This document shows, piece after piece, positions 57,201-64,000 of a DNA stretch of 64,000 nucleotides. The stretch comes from Histomonas meleagridis 2922-C6/04-290x. Its lineage: Eukaryota; Protista; Parabasalia. Position 1 is the stretch's first letter. Every line of letters starts with the position of its first letter. Both the position numbers and the translations under genes were made by a program. The DNA lies in assembly GCA_020184695.1 (NCBI GenBank), contig JAANOX010000052.1, positions 193,060 to 257,059 on the forward strand, in the 5' to 3' direction. The notes beneath the pieces were generated by a model. The model was not told the origin of the DNA and did no database searches. It saw nothing but the letters and a program-made list of their open reading frames with translations.

Positions 57201-59789
57201 TCATACAGAAATAGTTAAACTNCTACNTGAACGAAAAGAAATTGATATTAATGCTCAAGATATTTATTTGTTTTTATTTAATATTTGTTTTTAATAATTT
57301 AGAATTTCAAAATAATGTTTGGTAATTATTTAAATTATTTTATACAGCACTTATGAAAGCATCTAGAAATGGTTCTATAGAAATAGTTAAATTACTTCTT
57401 GAACAAAAAGGAATTGATATTAATGTTATAGATAATATTTATTTTAATAATTTAGAATTTCAAAATAATGTTTGGTAATTATTTAAATTATTTGAAACAG
57501 CACTTGTTTGGGCATCTGAAAATAATCATGAAGAAATAGTTAAATTGCTTCTTGAACAAAAAGGAATTAAAATTAATGCTAAAAATATTTATTTGTTTTA
57601 TTTGATGTTTATTTTAATAATTTTATATTTCAAAATAATATTTGGAAATTATTTAATACAACACTTATTTGGGCATCTAAAAATGGTCATACAGAAATAG
57701 TTAAATTACTTCTTGAACAAAAAGGAATTAAAATTAATGTTAAAAATAAAATTTATTTTAATAATTTAGAATTTCAAAATAATGTTTGGTAATTATTTAA
57801 ATTATTTGAAACAGCACTTGTTTGGGCATCTGAAAATAATCATGAAGAAATAGTTAAATTGCTTCTTGAACAAAAAGGAATTGATATTAATGCTAAAGAT
57901 ATTTATTTGTTTTTATTTTGGATTTATTTTAATAATTTTATATTTCAAAATAATATTTGGAAATGATTAAAAATATTTAATACAGCACTTATTAATGCAT
58001 CTTTAAATGGTCATACAGAAATAGTTAAATTACTTCTTGAACAAGAAGGAATTGATATTAATGTTATAGATAATATTTATTTTAATAATTTTTATATTTC
58101 AATATAATATTTAGAAATAATTTAAAATATTTGATACAGCACTTATTGTAGCATCTTGGAAAGGTCATACAGAAATAGTTAAATTACTTCTTGAACAAAA
58201 AGGAATTAAAATTAATGTTAAAAATAAAATTTATTTTAATAATTTGATATTATAAAATAATATTTGGAAATTATTTAAAATATTTGATACAGCACTTATG
58301 AAAGTATCTTCAAAAGGTCATACAGAAATAGTTAAACTACTACTTGAACGAAAAGAAATTGATATTAATGCTCAAGATATTTATTTGTTTATAGTTAATA
58401 TTTATTTTAATAATTTAGAATTTCAAAATAATGTTTGGTAATTATTTAAATTATTTTTTACAGCACTTATGAAAGCATCTAGAAATAGTTCTATAGAAAT
58501 AGTTAAATTACTTTTCAAAAAAAAAGGAATTGATATTAATGTTATAGATAATATTTATTTTAATAATTTAGAATTTCAAAATAATGTTTGGTAATTATTT
58601 AAATTATTTGAAACAGCACTTGTTTGGGCATCTGAAAATAATCATGAAGAAATAGTTAAATTGCTTCTTGAACAAAAAGGAATTAAAATTAATGCTAAAA
58701 ATATTTATTTGTTTTATTTGATGTTTATTTTAATAATTTTATATTTCAAAATAATATTTGGAAATTATTTAATACAACACTTATTTGGGCATCTAAAAAT
58801 GGTCATACAGAAATAGTTAAATTACTTCTTGAACAAAAAGGAATTAAAATTAATGTTAAAAATAAAATTTATTTTAATAATTTAGAATTTCAAAATAATG
58901 TTTGGTAATTATTTAAATTATTTGAAACAGCACTTGTTTGGGCATCTGAAAATAATCATGAAGAAATAGTTAAATTGCTTCTTGAACAAAAAGGAATTGA
59001 TATTAATGCTAAAGATATTTATTTGTTTTATTTTGGATTTATTTTAATAATTTTATATTTCAAAATAATATTTGGAAATGATTAAAAATATTTAATACAG
59101 CACTTATTAATGCATCTTTAAATGGTCATACAGAAATAGTTAAATTACTTCTTGAACAAGAAGGAATTGATATTAATGTTATAGATAATATTTATTTTAA
59201 TAATTTTATATTTCAATATAATATTTAGAAATAATTTAAAATATTTGATACAGCACTTATTGTAGCATCTTGGAAAGGTCATACAGAAATAGTTAAATTA
59301 CTTCTTGAACAAAAAGGAATTAAAATTAATGCTAAAAATAAAATTTATTTTAATAATTTGATATTTTAAAATAATACATGGAAATTACTTAAATTATTCG
59401 ATACAGCACTCACAAAAGCATCTAGTTATGGTAAAATAGAAATAGTTAAATTACTTCTTGAACAAAAAGGAATTAAAATTAATGTTAAAAATAAAATTTA
59501 TTTTAATAATTTGATATTATAAAATAATATTTGGAAATTATTTAAAATATTTGATACAGCACTTATTGTAGCATCTTGGAATGGACATACAGAAATAGTT
59601 AAACTACTACTTGAACGAAAAGAAATTGATATTAATGCTCAAGATTTTTTATTTGTTTTATTTAATATTTGTTTTAATAATTTAGAATTTCAAAATAATG
59701 TTTGGTAATTATTTAAATTATTTAAAACAGCACTTGTTTGGGCATCTGAAAATAATCATGAAGAAATAGTTAAATTGCTTCAGAATTAA
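54245..59789 (+). CDS. DUF3447 plus C-terminal ankyrin array of 28 modules, each preceded by an insert
   Basis: Intact DUF3447 N-terminus (ORF to 55429), then 28 TAL...EIVKLL modules ending LLQN-TAA at 59789. Confidence 0.8.
55361..59789 (+). repeat. Interrupted ankyrin array 2 with a 7-unit higher-order repeat present three times
   Basis: Spacer lengths in order: 80,80,63,63,63,80,63,71,64,81,63,30,82,63,71,63,81,64,63,81,63,71,63,80,63,63,63,81. Confidence 0.95.
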
Positions 59790-60979
59790 TTTGATCTTAA
59801 TAAATGAAAAACATTCTCATATTTTCTCTTGATGTTGCTAATTTGGGATTTCTGGAAACAAAAAATGTAATGTGTCAAAAAACGTTAATGGTACCTGACT
59901 AATATATCCTCAATAAAAAGTTTAAATATTTTATGAGTATATAAAACTAGATATGTAATATTTAAAAACATTGTTTTAGAATGTTTTGAATATATTATAT
60001 ATTAAGATATTATGAATTTTTTTTTATTTTTAATTCAATAGTTTATGTAACTTTTGAGTGTAAAATGATCGACTTCTTTCAAATACATCTGTCAATATCT
60101 ATAGGGAAATATGTTTTAATTCCTTTAATTTTGATGACTATAATTTCAAGTAATGATATAATTTTGAAATTATGGGTTGGCTCTAAGATTTTTGAGATGC
60201 CAAATCCAAAATTTATAATAATGAAATAATTAAATTTGCTAATTTTTCAGTGCCATTATTGAATTAAACATACTAATTTTGGCATGACTGTCATATGTCA
60301 TTCGTTTCAATGGAATTAATTAGTATAATAAGTTGAGTGTTACAGGTGATTCGTTTGGTGGTACGATGGCATGTTTCAATATAATTCAATTAGCCCATAT
60401 CGTTGCCCAAAACGGTTATATACAGAAAATTATGTACGATATGGGTAAAACCGCTTTTAAGTTGGGCTATCGTTACCTAAAATATGTCCGATGCAGGATA
60501 AACTGCTTTTAGGTTATTGTTGCGAAAAGCATTAGTTGTTACGGTTCGTACAAAGAGGAAAATAAAAAGTGAATTTATTCAAACAGTAAAATTTGCTGCG
60601 GAAAAGTGAACTGAGATGACTTCATTTTTCTATAAAGTATTGAATTCGATTAACTCATTGGGTTGGGTTTTCATTATACCTGTTCTAATTGGGAAAAACC
60701 AGCATCATTTCTCTCAAATCAATACTTTGACTCAATGGTTGCCTATGAAACAACAAAATTTATAACTTCAAAAATATATTTATGTCATTGATTATATAGT
60801 AGTGTATATTAAATACTCAGATACCAGCTATATAAATGTAATATGTAAATAAAACATATATCAATATATATTTCAGTTATGAGGAATTATAAATATGAGA
60901 TATAAATTCAAAATTACAAGGATTTTTTGGAATAAGTAGAGTTTATATCATCAAAAACTGAAAAGTGTCATTTTTTTAA

Positions 60980-61500
60980 ATGCTTGAACAAAGATATGTT
61001 ATATCTTTTTTGATGAAAAAAAGATTTAATGGAAAGCAAATTATTAATGAATCAGAAAATGTACATGGGGAGGATGCATACAAACCAACGCAGGTATATT
61101 TCTGAATATCAGAAATAAAGAGCGGTCGGGCAGATCTAAACAATTTAGATATACCTGGAAGACCCATATCCGAGAGAATTGATAACAAAATTTTATATTG
61201 GCTTAATAAAAAACCTTTTGCCACAGTTAAAAGATTAGTATTTCTATGCGGTCATAATCCAATCACAATTAAAAAAGTTTTAACTCAAACATTAGATTTT
61301 AAAAAGTATCATCTTTTTAATGGGTACCACACATGTTAACGTCTGCCCTAATAAAGAAACGGGTACAATATTCAAAATCAATCCTGCAACAACTTAGAAT
61401 TGTTAAAATGGAAGGATATCATCATATAATAATTGGTGATGAGTCCTGGATTTATTTACGGTATTATCACAAAATAATGTATTCACAAGATCGAGAAAAA
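60980..61500 (+). mobile_element. Truncated Tc1/mariner transposase relic
   Basis: MLEQRYVISF...KSGRADL...PGRP (HTH region), WVPHML linker and IIIGDESWIY (first catalytic Asp). Contains a TGA and a frameshift and stops at a (CA)n run. Confidence 0.88.
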
Positions 61501-61803
61501 CACACACACACAGCGCTATTGAAGCTTCGCGTGATACGCTCGCTTCAAGCCGCGCTACATAAAAGAAAGCATTAACGATAGAGGATGATTGAAAATTAGG
61601 ATTAACGGTCAAGTTTAAAATAAGCATGTGCGAAAAATTGAACTATAACTTGTAACGTAACGTTACCTGTAATTTTAACAATTTGGAAAAAAGAAGAAGA
61701 ATAAAGAACATGAGATGCAAAAACCAAGGTTACGTTACGTTACAGGTTATAAATTAAGTCTAGTTTTAAAGTAGTAATTTGATTTCTTAATGCAACTAAA
61801 AAG

Positions 61804-63168
61804 ATGTCAGAAGTCACAATCGACATAAACGACAAATTCTGTTTAATGGACATTAGAAAAAATAAAAACTATGATTTAAACGGAGATGAAGCAATAAATG
61901 ATTTAAAGAAATGTTTTTTAGTATGTGATTCAACACCTGAAGTATTTATGTTTAAAGATTATGACGCAGTGAATGATTATGTTAAAGTAAGTTATACATC
62001 AGAAAACGTTGCAAAACAAAAGCTAAAGAAAATAATTATTGGAAGAAGGACCGAAGGAAATAAAACAAAAAACGTTTCCGCTTGGGATTTATATTTAGAA
62101 AATACAGAAATATTTACGGTAAAAGCATTAAAATTTTATTCCGAAGACCCTCAAATTTTTTCTTACTTTAGAGGTTATGATTATAAAAAGCTTGATAAAG
62201 TAAAAACAGAAATTATACAACCGTTTTTAGATCACGTCAGAGAAGTAATAGCAAATGGTAATGAAGAAATTTATAGATATATTCTAATTTGGATCGCAAG
62301 CATTCTTCAAAAACCAAATTTCAAAACTGGAGTTGCTTTAGTTATATTAGGAAATCAAGGAACAGGAAAAAATACATTCTTTACAGATGTAATTTGCAAA
62401 CTTATGGCAAGATACGCAAATGAAAATGTTACGAATATAGAATCAGTAGTCGGTAAATTTAATGCAACATTAGAAAACAAAAAATTACTGGTTTTAAATG
62501 AACTACAAAGTATTGATACAAATAAATTTTTAAATTCCGATGCATTATAATCTATTATAACAGATAAAACAATAAATATAAATCAAAAAAATGAACCGAT
62601 GAGAGAAACAGAAAATGTTGCTAATTTTATAATGGTATCAAATAATGATGTTCCAATAAATATTGAAAGTCATGATAGAAGATATGTTGTAACAAAAACA
62701 AGTGATGAGCATTTACAAGATTTCAAATATTTTGCAAATTTAGCGAAAACATTTACACCTGAATTTTATGAAAATTTATTTACATTCTTTATGTTAATGG
62801 ATGTGTCGAAAACAAATTTAAGAGTAATACCAAACACAGAAGCAAAAGAAAATATAAAAGAAGCTTCAATGTCAAGTTATGAAATTTTCGCTAGAGACAA
62901 TTACGAAAAAATCAAAAACATAACCGGTCCTGATTTATTTAATTTATATCGTGATCATATTGAGAAAAATAAATTCAACAGTTGCAGTTCAAGAACTTTT
63001 ATTGCTAATATGAAAAAATTCACGGTAAATGCTATTGCAAAAAGAATTGATGGAAAAGTATTTAAAGTGTATAATTTATTACCAGAAGTTCATGAAAGAT
63101 TTGAAAAATATCACAAAAAATTAGAAGAACAAATAGTTGATGATGAAGTTGATGATGATGCTTTATGA
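61804..63168 (+). pseudogene. D5/NCLDV-type primase-helicase C-terminal (SF3, DUF5906-like) with one in-frame TAA at 62548-62550
   Basis: Walker A GNQGTGKN, Walker B LLVLNEL, motif C FIMVSNN, DRRY and a winged-helix-like tail. DAL-TAA-SIIT where Lys is expected. Confidence 0.85.
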
Positions 63169-63187
63169 ATATGTTTATTTTTATCAG

Positions 63188-63866
63188 AAAAGTACCATTA
63201 AAATTTTGAGGGTCAATTCTAACCTAAAAGTTAACCCTTTACGAAACGGAGTAAATGAGCATTTTTTGAAGGATTTAACGCAAAAGGTCAACCGTTAGAA
63301 ATAATAAACGAATCACATTTTATTGTAAGATATGAATATATTAATTTTTGAATAGCTCATGACAAACTAACTAACTAACTAACCTAACAAAATAATTTTG
63401 GAGAAAGCCTTTTCGTAGAAGTCTATATATTTTTGAGGTTAAATTCTAACTTGATGATTTGACGTGAATTTACACACACACACATAGCGCTATGTGAGCT
63501 TCGTGCCACGCACTCGCTCTCACTCGCGCTACATAAACTAAAGGATGAACGGCTAAAATCGATTGAATTCTCATAAATCGGTTGGTTTTGATTGAAAGTA
63601 ATAAAATATATTTAAATTCATGATGACATTTATATTTAAAATGTGTGAGGCATGAATCCGGCTAAGTTGTTGTTAATCCTATGTGAATTTTAGTGTTTTG
63701 TTGTTAATCCTATGTGGATTTTAGTGTTTGGAGCTTAAAGTTGTTATTAACTGAGATTTTGAATGTAAAAAGTATCATTAAAATTTTGAGGGTTAACTTT
63801 AACCTTTTTTTTAACCCTTTACGAATCGGAGAAAATGAGCATTTTTTGAATGATTTAACGCAAAAG
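63188..63866 (+). repeat. 99 bp direct repeats (63188-63286 and 63768-63866) and a 31 bp tandem repeat x2 (63667-63729)
   Basis: AAAAGTAYCATTAAAATTTTGAGGGT...TTAACCCTTTACGAA.CGGAG.AAATGAGCATTTTTTGAA.GATTTAACGCAAAAG. Confidence 0.85.
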
Positions 63867-64000
63867 TTGAAAGTTTGCAGGAGCTACTGAAAGGTTAAAA
63901 ATTAAGGTTAACTTTTAGGTTAACTTTAACCTTTCATTTTTTATATATGTTTTTCTGATTTTTGTGTCACTTTTTGTGTAAAGGTCGTTGGTTCGAGATA

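Larger units (their letters stand above)
61500..64000 (+). mobile_element. Putative mobile element carrying a D5-like SF3 helicase, with hairpin direct repeats; probably continues past the window end
   Basis: (CA)n plus GC-rich hairpin at 61500-61563 and 63472-63537, a 25 bp inverted repeat, 99 bp direct repeats and the helicase ORF. Confidence 0.6.

Noticed and set aside
55361-59789. CRISPR-like repeat/spacer appearance
   Set aside because: The constant parts are protein-coding ankyrin modules, the spacers are homologous to each other, the context is eukaryotic and there are no cas genes.
60341-60560. TA-CAGGTG as a mariner left TIR, and short inverted repeats nearby
   Set aside because: No matching right TIR lies in the window, and the repeats are too short to support a call.

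Overview
AT-rich, gene-dense eukaryotic DNA from a parabasalid (trichomonad-type) protist. This assignment is an inference from the Trichomonas-type H3/H4 sequences, BspA LRR genes, DUF3447-ankyrin genes, M3/M5/Inr promoter motifs and the lack of canonical introns. The window holds housekeeping genes: NPL4, two Rabs, APC1, a RING E3, H3/H4, an HMG-box factor, di-ubiquitin, an RRM protein, four ribosomal proteins, Arf, a GBP/atlastin-like GTPase, CSN4 and an RNase MRP RNA. It also holds surface-protein genes (BspA, a TM-PAS pseudo-cyclase), a mariner relic and a D5/SF3-helicase element. The standout is a pair of DUF3447-ankyrin genes (arrays at 11161-12313 and 55361-59789). All 35 junctions between their ankyrin repeats carry an AT-rich insert at the same position (the beta-hairpin). 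Nearly all inserts fall into discrete length classes, carry a conserved stem-loop core, lack frame-restoring GT-AG ends and break the reading frame; one short in-frame copy lacks the core. The ankyrin modules stay almost entirely open and vary at the binding positions. This suggests an undescribed non-canonical splicing, bypass or cassette-shuffling system. Caveat: homopolymer frameshifts and two Ns suggest an assembly with indel errors, so single-base frameshifts are not trusted.
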